Of a stretch of DNA of 64,000 bases, positions 9,430 to 20,982 are shown piece by piece. The position numbers and the translations under genes are program-made. How positions within the stretch are numbered: position 1 is the stretch's first letter; every line of letters starts with the position of its first letter. The stretch spans positions 536,173-600,172 of the forward strand of contig JAYRXE010000037.1 of assembly GCA_041917695.1 (NCBI GenBank), given 5' to 3'. The notes under the pieces are model-generated. The model was given only the letters and a program-made list of their open reading frames with translations, searched no databases and was not told the origin of the DNA. The stretch is from Minisyncoccota bacterium. GTDB lineage: Bacteria > Patescibacteriota > Minisyncoccia > UBA6257 > GWB1-50-10.

Positions 9430-10062
9430 GTGAACAATTTGCTTGAATCGCTGGGCGCGCTTGCGCTCCAGAACCCCGAATGGACGAAATTCATCATCGG
9501 CATCGGCATCCTCATTCAGGGCGAGATAGCGATACTCCTCGCCATGTATCTCATCCTCGGAAACCACGTAAGCTTTTGGGGTTTCGTTGAGGCCTCTCTC
9601 CTCGGCCTCTTCATCGGCGAATTTCTCATCTATGTGGCGGGGAGAACGCTTCGCACCACCCGTTTCGGGTGGAAACTTTCCCGCAAGCTCAAAACGAACC
9701 GCCGGGTCCGGCTGTACAGCTACTACATCACCAAAAACCGTCTGCGGATGCTCTTCCTGGCGAAATTCCTGCCGGGGGTGAATACGCTTTCCATCCTTCT
9801 CCTCGGGTGGATGCGCGTAAAGGTCCCGCAATTTTTCCGCGTGTACATCCCCGCCGCCCTTTTTTGGTTTGTCTCCACGGCTTTCGTCGCCTATTCCATC
9901 GCCGCCGGGTTGCGCTTTCTCAAATCATCCCGGATATTCGAACAGATTGAATTCGTTATCGCCGGCCTTATCGTCGTCTTCTTTATCGCGGAATGGGGGG
10001 TTAAGAAACTCCTCGCGAAGTACGCCCCGACGGACCTGCCGCCCTTCGGCGACGAGAAATAA
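9430..10062 (+). CDS. DedA family membrane protein
   Basis: GE motif, AKFLPGV and TM helices; GTG 6 nt after TATAAT. Confidence 0.75.
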   Translation: MNNLLESLGALALQNPEWTKFIIGIGILIQGEIAILLAMYLILGNHVSFWGFVEASLLGLFIGEFLIYVAGRTLRTTRFGWKLSRKLKTNRRVRLYSYYITKNRLRMLFLAKFLPGVNTLSILLLGWMRVKVPQFFRVYIPAALFWFVSTAFVAYSIAAGLRFLKSSRIFEQIEFVIAGLIVVFFIAEWGVKKLLAKYAPTDLPPFGDEK

Positions 10063-10102
10063 TTTTGACAGCTGTCCCCGACCTTCTATTATTTCGATAT
10101 AA

Positions 10103-10174
10103 CCCCTCGTAGCTTAATGGATAAAGCAGGGCTCTTCTAAGGCCTTGATGGGAGTTCGATTCTCTCCGAGGGGG
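10103..10174 (+). tRNA. tRNA-Arg(TCT)
   Basis: Cloverleaf with ctTCTaa loop. Confidence 0.92.
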
Positions 10175-10237
10175 CACGGGCAAAACGGGCCGCTTCATGT
10201 TGCGGAGCGGGAAAAAATAGTTAGAATAAACAAGTTC

Positions 10238-10309
10238 GCCGCGGTAGCTCAGTGGTAGAGCGCAGCCCTGAAGAGGCTGGCGTCGGGGGTCCGATTCCCT
10301 CCCGCGGCA
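10238..10309 (+). tRNA. tRNA-Phe(GAA)
   Basis: Cloverleaf with ctGAAga loop; T-loop TCCGATT. Confidence 0.92.
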
Positions 10310-10356
10310 CAAGCAGTCATTGCCTTTGCGCATCTGTTTGCGGTAGTATGAATTGC

Positions 10357-10428
10357 CGCGGGGAGGAGTAACGGTTGCTCGTCAGGCTCATAACCTGAAG
10401 GTAGTAGGTTCAATTCCTACCCCCGCAA
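10357..10428 (+). tRNA. Initiator tRNA-fMet(CAT)
   Basis: CGCGGGG acceptor with C1:A72 mismatch and CAT anticodon. Confidence 0.9.
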
Positions 10429-10528
10429 CAAAATACAAAGTCCCACCTTATTGGTGGGGCTTTGTATTTGCAGGTAGCCCAAAACAAACGCCTAGTCGAA
10501 TGACTAGGTGTTTGTTTTCTGGTGCGAG

Positions 10529-11161
10529 TTAGGAGGCTATGTTAGAAGCGTTTTTCACAGATCTTCCCCAATATATTCGGGTAGCTACTAAACATAAACT
10601 AGCATTTGCAAAGATGAGATAGATTTGAAAAGCTGAATTTTCTATATTCCAAACCGGAATAGCCGGTATGATTATTATTGCGCCAACCAAACTTACAAAA
10701 TAGGAATAAACCGTTTCAGTTTCAGGGTAGCTCCACGCTTTAACAAGCGTGGGAACAGTTGCCAATAAGTCAGCAAGGGCGGCGAAAAGAATTGCGGATA
10801 ATGGGGAATCCGCTACAAGCCAGGAGATAATTGCAACAATTGAAAACGCTCCGCAGAGGTAATCAAATCGCCCAATTTTCCAATAGCTTTTGCGTAAGAA
10901 AAGCGCCGTAATAAAAATGACCAATGGTCCGAAGCCAGACATAAATATGCGTACGGATGCCCATCCATCCGCATGAGAAGAAAGTGCCGCCCCGAAAGCA
11001 ATCATAGGAACAGCGCCCCACAACCCCCAGGTAACCAAATTCGGCTTGGTCTTCCCTTGAAACATATCGCGAAGATATGCAAAAAGGCCGGTAAAGCCTA
11101 TTACGACCGATACTATTACGAGCCAGTGGGCAATGGATATCCCCCAAAATAGTTCATCCAT
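10529..11161 (-). CDS. Multi-pass membrane protein of unknown function, lower GC than flanks
   Basis: 210-aa hydrophobic ORF with TKPN..TW and PT..KAW..PETE motifs, located between tRNAs. Confidence 0.75.
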   Translation of the reverse strand: MDELFWGISIAHWLVIVSVVIGFTGLFAYLRDMFQGKTKPNLVTWGLWGAVPMIAFGAALSSHADGWASVRIFMSGFGPLVIFITALFLRKSYWKIGRFDYLCGAFSIVAIISWLVADSPLSAILFAALADLLATVPTLVKAWSYPETETVYSYFVSLVGAIIIIPAIPVWNIENSAFQIYLIFANASLCLVATRIYWGRSVKNASNIAS

Positions 11162-11231
11162 ATGAGTTATTTAACATTACCACAGCTCACGCCCGGCAGA
11201 GGTGTGATTTTTTTGTTTAGATAAAACTTTG

Positions 11232-11305
11232 CGCAGCGGACGGGACTTGAACCCGCGATCTCCGCCGTGACAGGGCGGCGCTTTAACCAGCTAAGCTACC
11301 GCTGC
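11232..11305 (-). tRNA. tRNA-Asp(GTC)
   Basis: Cloverleaf with ctGTCac loop. Confidence 0.93.
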
Positions 11306-11343
11306 AATGCAGCAATTCTGCGCCCGGTTATTCTAACAATTTT

Positions 11344-11814
11344 CTACCCTTTTACAACTTCAGAGTCCCCGAAACGCTTGATAAGGACGACTCCCATTTT
11401 CGGCAATGCCACGAGTTCGGCGAGCGGTTGGAGCTCGACCTTCCCGATTGATTCGCGTGCGTGTATCACTTCCCCGTTCCCCGCGTACATCACCATGTGG
11501 CCGATATACATGTCCCGAGTCGGAAACAGGTTGTCGTTGTAGTGCCCCTGGGGACCGCGCATGAAAAGCAAATCGCCGGCTTCAAGGTTCGAATAATCTT
11601 CGAGCGGGATTATTTCCCTTCCCTGGATATCGGCGGCCTGCAAGATGGTGCTCCGCGGGAGTTGGATGTGGATTTGCTTGTACAGGTATTGGACGAACGA
11701 CGAGCAATCAAATTCATGGGGCGCCTTTTCGGGAGTGGTGCCATACACGTACGGCGTTCCGATAAGCGACTTGGCGATGGTAATGATGGTTTCTTTTTGT
11801 TGTTCCGTAAGCAT
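11344..11814 (-). CDS. NlpC/P60 (C40) peptidase
   Basis: GTPYVYG, FDCSSF, GDLLF, GHMVMY and IHA motifs. Confidence 0.9.
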   Translation of the reverse strand: MLTEQQKETIITIAKSLIGTPYVYGTTPEKAPHEFDCSSFVQYLYKQIHIQLPRSTILQAADIQGREIIPLEDYSNLEAGDLLFMRGPQGHYNDNLFPTRDMYIGHMVMYAGNGEVIHARESIGKVELQPLAELVALPKMGVVLIKRFGDSEVVKG

Positions 11815-11874
11815 AATGGGTTCCGCAGAGGCATTAAATGCGGATGACGGGCGCATTCACTCATCCGTATCCAG

Positions 11875-11948
11875 TAGCGGGGGCGGGGATCGAACCCGCG
11901 ACCTTAGCGTTATGAATGCTACGCTCTAACCATCTGAGCTACCCCGCC
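11875..11948 (-). tRNA. tRNA-Met(CAT), probably elongator
   Basis: Cloverleaf with ttCATaa loop and GGCGGGG acceptor; Ile2 not excluded. Confidence 0.85.
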
Positions 11949-11994
11949 GTACAAGAATGAATTGTACGGAGTTCGGCTAAAGTCGGCAAGCGAA

Positions 11995-13152
11995 TTATCG
12001 TACGTCCGCCTTAAACTGGCTCTTCGTCTCCTCGTAGAGCTTCGCCTGGAGCGCGTCCACTTCCTCGCTTCGCAAGGTGCGGTCATGGCTTCGATACACC
12101 ACCCGGAAGGTGTAGCTCGTCTTGCCTTCGCCGAACTTCTTCGGGTCGGCGTAGGTGTCGAGAAGCTCGACCTGCTCGATTAAATCGCCTCCGATGTCAC
12201 GGATGAGGTCGAAATAGTTATTTGGCTCGAAACCACTTGCAACCACGAAGGAAATGTCGCGGGTGATGGGCGGAAATTTGCTCACCTCCTTGAATTTGCT
12301 TCCTAAAACGAGCTGGGCTTTCACCCGTTCGTCCGTGGAGCGGAGGAGGCGGATGTCGGGAAGTTCCATGCTGATCATGGCGAGGCGTTCAAGGCCGAAT
12401 CCGAATGCCCAGCCGTTATAGCCTTCCAAGCCGAGTTTTTGCAATACTTCCGGGCGCGCCATTCCCCCGCCCAGCACCTCCAGCCATTCGCCGTCCTTTT
12501 GTATTTCCATCTCAAGCGACGGATCCGTGTACGGGAACGTGTCATGGTTGAACCGGAACACCGTGCTTCCGCCGAAGGTTGCCTTCGCGATCTTTCCCAA
12601 GATATCCTTCAAATCTTCGACGGTCACCGTCTTTTTTTCATTCGGCTCCAAGTAGAGGCCGTCCATCTGATGGAAGACGTTCAAGTGAAACCGGTCTATC
12701 TCGTCCTTGCGGTACACCTTGCCGTAGGAAAGGAGGCCGAGCGGTTCTTTCGCTTTTATCTTCGCCTGGGTCTCGGGAAGCTGGAGATAGTAGAGCCACA
12801 TCACGGTCGTGTGCGTGCGGAGAATATGCTCTGCATCCACGAAGTACGTGTCCGACGGCTTCCGAGCCGGATGGTCCGGCGGGAAGTTGAACAAATCGAA
12901 ACTTTCATCCGCGCGGACGATCTCCGGGGATTCCACATGGTCGAAATTCGAAAGCTCGTCTATTTTCCTGATGCGCGAAACAAGCTCCCGAATGGGGCTC
13001 CCCTCCTCCCGCGTGAGGTCGGAAAGGGAAAGAAAGCGCGCAAGGCGCATTTTATCGGGGTCCTGTGAGGTTTCCACCTCTTTCCGGAGGCCGTCTTCCT
13101 TCGGATTCGTTACGACCCGGTCTATTACGTGCGAGTTTTCGAAAAGCGGCAT
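11995..13152 (-). CDS. pheS: Single-chain phenylalanyl-tRNA synthetase (catalytic domain fused to FDX-ACB anticodon-binding domain)
   Basis: DHPAR..DTYF, LRTHT, VYRKDEID, FPYTDPS and GWAFGFGLERLAM, then SKFPPITRDISF..YRSHDRTL. Confidence 0.88.
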   Translation of the reverse strand: MPLFENSHVIDRVVTNPKEDGLRKEVETSQDPDKMRLARFLSLSDLTREEGSPIRELVSRIRKIDELSNFDHVESPEIVRADESFDLFNFPPDHPARKPSDTYFVDAEHILRTHTTVMWLYYLQLPETQAKIKAKEPLGLLSYGKVYRKDEIDRFHLNVFHQMDGLYLEPNEKKTVTVEDLKDILGKIAKATFGGSTVFRFNHDTFPYTDPSLEMEIQKDGEWLEVLGGGMARPEVLQKLGLEGYNGWAFGFGLERLAMISMELPDIRLLRSTDERVKAQLVLGSKFKEVSKFPPITRDISFVVASGFEPNNYFDLIRDIGGDLIEQVELLDTYADPKKFGEGKTSYTFRVVYRSHDRTLRSEEVDALQAKLYEETKSQFKADVR

Positions 13153-13200
13153 TTCTTGATAATAGAAAAAAACAAGGAATTATCAAGAAAAAATAAAAAG

Positions 13201-13275
13201 ACGCTTTGCAGCGTCTTGGTTATGCGATGAAGCACCAAACCTGCCCGCATTCCTACGCAAAGCGTTGCAGGCGGG
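13201..13275. repeat. Intergenic palindromic REP-like sequence
   Basis: ACGCTTTGC/GCAAAGCGT inverted pair and CCTGCCCGCA...TGCAGGCGGG arms. Confidence 0.45.
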
Positions 13276-13281
13276 CGGCTC

Positions 13282-13809
13282 TTAATCTTCGGGAAACCCG
13301 GGAACAATTTCCACTTCCGATTCGCGGTATTTCGCTGTTTGGCCTTTCAGCATGTAGGTCGAGGCGCGCACGTGCTTTCCGGCGAGGACATGCGGAAGCC
13401 AATCCTGGTCGGGAGGCATCATTTCTTCCCATGGAACGTCTTCCGGCAAAAACCACGTCGGGGTTTTCATCTCTTCCGTCTCTTTTGGCTCCCCCGTCCA
13501 GGAGTCCAATACGTAGGCGAAAAGTTCCAGAACGAATTCCCCGCCGGTATCTTTCTTATTGTGGCAGTGAACGATTCCCTTGAGCTTTAAATTGCTCGGT
13601 TCACTCGCCACGCCCGCTTCTTCCCGCAACTCGCGGACGGTCGCTTCGCGGAGTGATTCGTTTCCTTCAACTCCCCCGCCATAACCGTTCCAGGCTCCTT
13701 CTCCGATTTTCCGCTCTCCTCCCGCACTCCGGGGCTTTTTTGCCAAAAGCACCTTCCCGTCCTTGAGGAGATACACGACGGTCGCTTTTTTCAGTACTTT
13801 CTCTTCCAT
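13282..13809 (-). CDS. NUDIX hydrolase, MutT/MTH1-like
   Basis: WNGYGGGVEGNESLREATVRELREEAG and ETEEM.P.WF motifs. Confidence 0.88.
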   Translation of the reverse strand: MEEKVLKKATVVYLLKDGKVLLAKKPRSAGGERKIGEGAWNGYGGGVEGNESLREATVRELREEAGVASEPSNLKLKGIVHCHNKKDTGGEFVLELFAYVLDSWTGEPKETEEMKTPTWFLPEDVPWEEMMPPDQDWLPHVLAGKHVRASTYMLKGQTAKYRESEVEIVPGFPED

Positions 13810-13909
13810 CTCTATGGTTTTAATTTAACAAATCTCGTTCAAGCCTAATACCCGTGGCTCGTACGGTCAAAGAAAATAAAAACCCGGTATAATCGGGTTT
13901 TCAATTTGG

Positions 13910-14320
13910 TTAGTGGGGAACTACTTCGTCGGTATATACCACGCGTAATTTTCTTTTCTTCTTAATCAGCTCATCAACATCTTCTTCATTCAGTAAGAGA
14001 TATTCTTCGTGATTATCTACATATCCAACTTCATCTGATTTGTATGCTCTCTTTTTTTCTTCATTATAAATAAAAATCAATGAACGCGGTTTACACTCTT
14101 TTCCATCAATTGCGGGTGAGAGAAGCTCAACTGCCTTGTGATATGCTTCGATACTATCGAAAACTACTACTCTTTTTTCCCTTTCGATAGTCACAAAATA
14201 GATCAAATCTGTCACAACCTGAATAAGATACAAGGACCCGATTTTAAACCCTACCAAGTTTCTCCAAAGTGGAGGATAGTCCCGGGGGGCTTTTTTCATT
14301 TTATGATGCGGAATTTTCAT
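13910..14320 (-). CDS. AT-rich orphan protein (136 aa)
   Basis: AAGGAG SD, promoter at 14358-14387, hairpin terminator near 13878-13901. Confidence 0.7.
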   Translation of the reverse strand: MKIPHHKMKKAPRDYPPLWRNLVGFKIGSLYLIQVVTDLIYFVTIEREKRVVVFDSIEAYHKAVELLSPAIDGKECKPRSLIFIYNEEKKRAYKSDEVGYVDNHEEYLLLNEEDVDELIKKKRKLRVVYTDEVVPH

Positions 14321-14471
14321 TTCTCTCCTTTTTTTGTTATAAATTTATGCTGAAAATAAAATACCACGCATTTGGGATATTAGTCAAGAAAATCTGAGTT
14401 TTAGATATCTTAAGCTAGACTTGAGGCGAGGAAATAAAAAGAAGGGCTTAGCCCTTCCTGAAAATAAGAAA

Positions 14472-14774
14472 TTAACACCCTCCTCCATCTGAGGTTAGCT
14501 TAAAATCACACGGACCTCCAAGAGAAATAAAGAAAGCGTCAAAATGATAAGTTCCATAAAAATAAATTTTCCCCCAACCCAATTTTTCGTAAGTGCTGGA
14601 AATTTCTTTTTTAATAGAGTCCGAAACATCTTTTAATTTGAAATCAAATAAATTAATTCGGATATTGTTTTTTGTAGGTTGAGGCTTTAATTTATTTTGA
14701 TTAAGAAAATTATTAATTTTCTCTTCTAAAACCTCGCTAGAAACTGCGGAATTGCTTAATTCATTTGTACTCAT
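14472..14774 (-). CDS. AT-rich orphan protein (100 aa)
   Basis: AAGGAG SD, promoter at 14814-14843, terminator near 14436-14457. Confidence 0.7.
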   Translation of the reverse strand: MSTNELSNSAVSSEVLEEKINNFLNQNKLKPQPTKNNIRINLFDFKLKDVSDSIKKEISSTYEKLGWGKIYFYGTYHFDAFFISLGGPCDFKLTSDGGGC

Positions 14775-14813
14775 ATCACTCCTTTTTAGTTAGTAAAATA
14801 TAAACTAAAAAAC

Positions 14814-14843
14814 AAAATACCACGCGTTTGTGGTATTTGTCAA
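14814..14843 (-). promoter_or_regulatory. Promoter TTGACA-18-TATTTT with dyad AAATACCAC-N6-GTGGTATTT
   Basis: Related modules at 14358-14387 and 63693-63722. Confidence 0.7.
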
Positions 14844-14872
14844 CCTAATTCCTACGCGCGCCTGAGGAATTA

Positions 14873-16333
14873 TTACCCTCTCAAAAACTTTTCGTAATAA
14901 TCCCCGAGCGCCAATACGTCCCCGTCCTTGAAGCGCTTGCCGATGATCTGAAGCCCTATCGGAAGCTCCCCACTGCCAGGAGTATATTTTTTGAGCGGCA
15001 CGGAAAGTGCCGGAAGGCCGGCGAGATTCGCGGGAATGGTGAGCGCGTCCGCCGCGTACATCTCGAGCGGGTCATCTGTCTTCTCGCCAAACTTAAAAGC
15101 CGCGGTCGGGGCCGTGGGAGCAAGCAAAGCATCAACGTCCTCAAAGACCTTTTCGAATTCGCGGGAAATCACCTCCCGCACCTTTTCCGCCTTCTTGTAA
15201 TACGCATCGTAATAGCCGGCGGAAAGCACATAGGTCCCGAGCAAAATTCGCCGTTTTGTCTCATCGCCCAGGCCATACCCGCGCGCAGCGGCGTATTTCT
15301 CCTCAAGGTTCGAAAAGGCGATCCCCTCCCCGTTTACGCCGTTTAAAAGCTTCGGGTAGCGGATGCCGTCGAAGCGCGCGAGGTTCGCGGACACTTCGGC
15401 AGGCACGATGATGTAATAGGTCGAAAGGGCGTACTTCGTATGCGGGAGGCTCACGCGCTTTATCTCGAATCCATCCGCTTTGAATTTTTCTATGGCGCCT
15501 TCTACGGCCTCCTTCACCTCCGCTGAAACGCCATCAGAGAAATATTCATCCGGAATGCCGAGACGGAGCTTTTTCACTTCGGAAACTCCGGGGACGTTCA
15601 GAGACGCCCCCACCGATGTTGCGTCGAATTCGTCATCCCCTTCAATGCATTTGAAGATCTCGAGCGCATCCTCGACGGAATTCGCCACGGGACCGATCTG
15701 GTCGAGGCTCGATGCCATCGCGATAAGCCCAAAACGGGAAACCGCTCCGTACGTAGGCTTGAATCCGACGACGCCGCAAAAGGCGGCGGGCTGGCGGATC
15801 GAGCCTCCGGTGTCCGAACCGAGCGCGGCAAGCGCAAAGTGCGCGGCGACCGCTGCCGTCGATCCACCCGAGGAACCTCCCGGCACGCGCGAAACGTCAT
15901 GCGGATTCTTGGTCGGGCCATAAGCGGAATTCTCGGTCGAAGCACCCATCGCGAATTCATCGAGGTTTGTTTTCCCCAAGATAATCGCGCCCGCATCAAT
16001 CAGCCGTTTCACGACGGAAGCATCATAGGCGCTTACGTACTCCTCGAGAATCTTCGAAGCGGCGGTCGTTTTCTTTCCGCGGACGAGAAGATTGTCCTTG
16101 AGCGCCACGGGAACACCGGCGAGGGGCGGAAGCGCATCTCCCTTCGCAATCCGCTCATCGACTGCGCGGGCGGCCGCAAGCGCCTCTTCCTCGAAGACGG
16201 AAAGGTATGCATGGATACCGCCGTCTTCCTTCTTCATCGCATCAAGGTACGCCGACACGCCCTCCACGGCCGAAAAGCGCTTCTCCCTGAGCGCCTTCGC
16301 GTATTCCGCTATTGAAAGCTCGCGAATGTCCAT
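14873..16333 (-). CDS. gatA: Asp/Glu-tRNA amidotransferase subunit A
   Basis: Amidase signature GKTNLDEFAMG..PGGSSGGS..GSDTGGSIRQPA and NLARFDG. Confidence 0.96.
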   Translation of the reverse strand: MDIRELSIAEYAKALREKRFSAVEGVSAYLDAMKKEDGGIHAYLSVFEEEALAAARAVDERIAKGDALPPLAGVPVALKDNLLVRGKKTTAASKILEEYVSAYDASVVKRLIDAGAIILGKTNLDEFAMGASTENSAYGPTKNPHDVSRVPGGSSGGSTAAVAAHFALAALGSDTGGSIRQPAAFCGVVGFKPTYGAVSRFGLIAMASSLDQIGPVANSVEDALEIFKCIEGDDEFDATSVGASLNVPGVSEVKKLRLGIPDEYFSDGVSAEVKEAVEGAIEKFKADGFEIKRVSLPHTKYALSTYYIIVPAEVSANLARFDGIRYPKLLNGVNGEGIAFSNLEEKYAAARGYGLGDETKRRILLGTYVLSAGYYDAYYKKAEKVREVISREFEKVFEDVDALLAPTAPTAAFKFGEKTDDPLEMYAADALTIPANLAGLPALSVPLKKYTPGSGELPIGLQIIGKRFKDGDVLALGDYYEKFLRG

Positions 16334-16485
16334 CCCGTTCATGAAAGTAAATCTCCATTCATCGGATGAATGGGATTTCCGTATGTTGCGACTTTTACGG
16401 TATTGAAAATAATTTTCATTTGAAATAAGCGTTTTATTATGGAATTAGAATTTGATACACCGAGCAACATGTTCATGAACGGGAT
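16332..16485. repeat. 154-bp AT-rich segment with 14-bp terminal inverted repeats (MITE-like)
   Basis: ATCCCGTTCATGAA (16332-16345) and TTCATGAACGGGAT (16472-16485). Confidence 0.55.
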
Positions 16486-16488
16486 CCA

Positions 16489-16806
16489 CTAATCTTTTTT
16501 CTTATGCTCCAAGACGCCCGGTACCTTCAAATATCCCTTCGCCTCGGCCGGAAACGCCGCGATCGCATCCGTCCCGTCGAGCGCATTGCCTTCCGCATCG
16601 CTCCGGTACGCATTTCTGCCCGCATATCCCCCGCTCACCCGCTCGACGCCTTCGGTATCCACCTCGCTTAATTCCTCGACGTGCGCCAAAATCCGCTTCA
16701 AATCCTCAACGAGCTTCGGTTCCTTGTTTTTTTTCTCATCCTCGGAAAGCCCGATGCGCGCAAGCGCAAGGAGTTTCTCGATGGTCTCTTTGGTTATCTC
16801 GGCCAT
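16489..16806 (-). CDS. gatC: Asp/Glu-tRNA amidotransferase subunit C
   Basis: LARI.L, L.EVDTEGVE and YLKVP motifs; upstream of gatA. Confidence 0.9.
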   Translation of the reverse strand: MAEITKETIEKLLALARIGLSEDEKKNKEPKLVEDLKRILAHVEELSEVDTEGVERVSGGYAGRNAYRSDAEGNALDGTDAIAAFPAEAKGYLKVPGVLEHKKKD

Positions 16807-16836
16807 TGGCTTATGGGTTTCACCTTAACACCCATC

Positions 16837-19300
<2,464 letters not shown>

Positions 19301-19305
19301 GGTGT

Positions 19306-19884
19306 TTATTCCGCCGTTACACGGCACTCATGCGGGTCTCCGACGATTTCCCGCGGCAACACGCGCGAGCTCACGGTTGTCTGGATGGCAAGCGGAGGCG
19401 TCGAGGTGCTTTCGCGGGGGGCAACCTCCATGGCGATAGTCACCCGCTCCGGGTTGCACGCATAGTCGTCGAATTGGACGCGTGTAAAGCACAGGCTCCG
19501 CACTTCGACATTTGAAGCGGTAAGCTCAAGCGGAACGTCTTCCCCTTCCTGCCGCACCACCGTCCCGTTTTCTGCGAGGTAAAACCTCGTTTCGGTATTC
19601 CGCTGGCCGTTGAAGAACGCGAGCACGCTTCCGGAGCCCAAGGGACATTCGCCCGTCTCGCCTTCCTGCACCAAAAAATCGTACCCCGTACGCGATTCCC
19701 GCGCCATTTGCTCCATGACGAGGCCTGCGTTATTTGAAACAGCCATGATCTGCTGGAGGAGCCGCTGGTTTTTGACGGCGGAGATGAAAATACCCGTCAT
19801 CACCGTCGAAACGACGGTAAACAGCCCCACGCCTACGAGAAGCTCCGTCGTCGTAAAACCCGATTGGTTGCGTATCTGTTTCAT
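19306..19884 (-). CDS. Minor pilin, PilW-like
   Basis: SG/FTTTELLV N-methylation motif. Confidence 0.8.
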   Translation of the reverse strand: MKQIRNQSGFTTTELLVGVGLFTVVSTVMTGIFISAVKNQRLLQQIMAVSNNAGLVMEQMARESRTGYDFLVQEGETGECPLGSGSVLAFFNGQRNTETRFYLAENGTVVRQEGEDVPLELTASNVEVRSLCFTRVQFDDYACNPERVTIAMEVAPRESTSTPPLAIQTTVSSRVLPREIVGDPHECRVTAE

Positions 19885-20414
19885 TGGTCTTCAGCCCGCC
19901 AATTCGTAAAAATCGTGTCGAGCGTCACCCGCTTGGGTTTCCCCCGTTCCTGCCACTCGACGACCGAGGATACCTGCAATTCATCGGGGGAGGCTTCGTC
20001 TTTTGAGACGATAAGCGTGCGCGTGAACGGCGTGGGCGCGCCCCCTGAATAGCCGATGAGGCCCGTCTCCTCATTCCTGTCCAAAAAGCGCGTAGACGTC
20101 GCGCCTCCAAGCGCCACCAAGGTCGTGCGGTTCGAATCATACGCGACTTCGTACGTGCCGTAATCGAACGTGCCAAGCGTGTCGCTCCAGGCAAATCCGG
20201 GGTCAACCGTGTCCGTGTCGACGATGTTCTTGGCTATCTCCAGCCCTTCCGCCGCAAGATACGTTCCTTCCGTCTTCAGGTACGCTTCCTTGTTCTGGCG
20301 AATCGAGGTGGAAATAAGCGAAAAAATACCCAACAGCCCGATGAGAATGAGGGAAATCGAAACGATGGATTCAATGAGAATATTTCCTTTCCGGGATGCG
20401 AGAAGATGCGCCAT
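19881..20414 (-). CDS. Minor pilin, PilV-like
   Basis: KG/NILIE and LAAEGLE motifs. Confidence 0.75.
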   Translation of the reverse strand: MAHLLASRKGNILIESIVSISLILIGLLGIFSLISTSIRQNKEAYLKTEGTYLAAEGLEIAKNIVDTDTVDPGFAWSDTLGTFDYGTYEVAYDSNRTTLVALGGATSTRFLDRNEETGLIGYSGGAPTPFTRTLIVSKDEASPDELQVSSVVEWQERGKPKRVTLDTIFTNWRAEDQ

Positions 20415-20419
20415 GGCAA

Positions 20420-20950
20420 TTAATGGAGGATGACCGCTCCCCCCGCGGTAACTTCGACCCCCGCCGTTTCTTCCGGCTTGTCCTTCAAAGCGATCGCAAG
20501 CGTGAGCGGGTTCCGCGTCGTAAGATACGGCGATTCGAAAATAATGATGTCACTGCCCGCTGTGGCGAATTGGACGTTGGGATTCAGGAGAAAGGTTTCC
20601 GTGGGCGCGCCGATTTCCACGCATTCCCCGCCGTCTTCAAGTCGCGTAACCGGCAACAGGCTGTACGTGCCGACGGGCTCGTTGAAAAGGAATGCAAAGC
20701 CGCATATCGAACCTTCGTTCGCCTTGTACCGCTGGAGGGCGAGCGACTTCGCGCGATTCAAAACTCCGCCGATTTTCGCCTGCTCGGTCGAAAGCACCAG
20801 GCGGTTCCCGCCGGTCTGGGTGAACGCGATAAGCATGCTCGACGTGATAATCATGATGGTCGCGGTGATGGCCATTTCGACCAGCGTAAAACCCGCCCGG
20901 GAGGCGCGGTTCTTTTTTTTATGGAATCTCAGGAATGCGATCTTCCGCAT
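20420..20950 (-). CDS. Minor pilin, FimT/GspH-like
   Basis: AG/FTLVEM motif. Confidence 0.8.
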   Translation of the reverse strand: MRKIAFLRFHKKKNRASRAGFTLVEMAITATIMIITSSMLIAFTQTGGNRLVLSTEQAKIGGVLNRAKSLALQRYKANEGSICGFAFLFNEPVGTYSLLPVTRLEDGGECVEIGAPTETFLLNPNVQFATAGSDIIIFESPYLTTRNPLTLAIALKDKPEETAGVEVTAGGAVILH

Positions 20951-20982
20951 AAATCCTTTCTATTCTACCACGCTCTTCGGAC

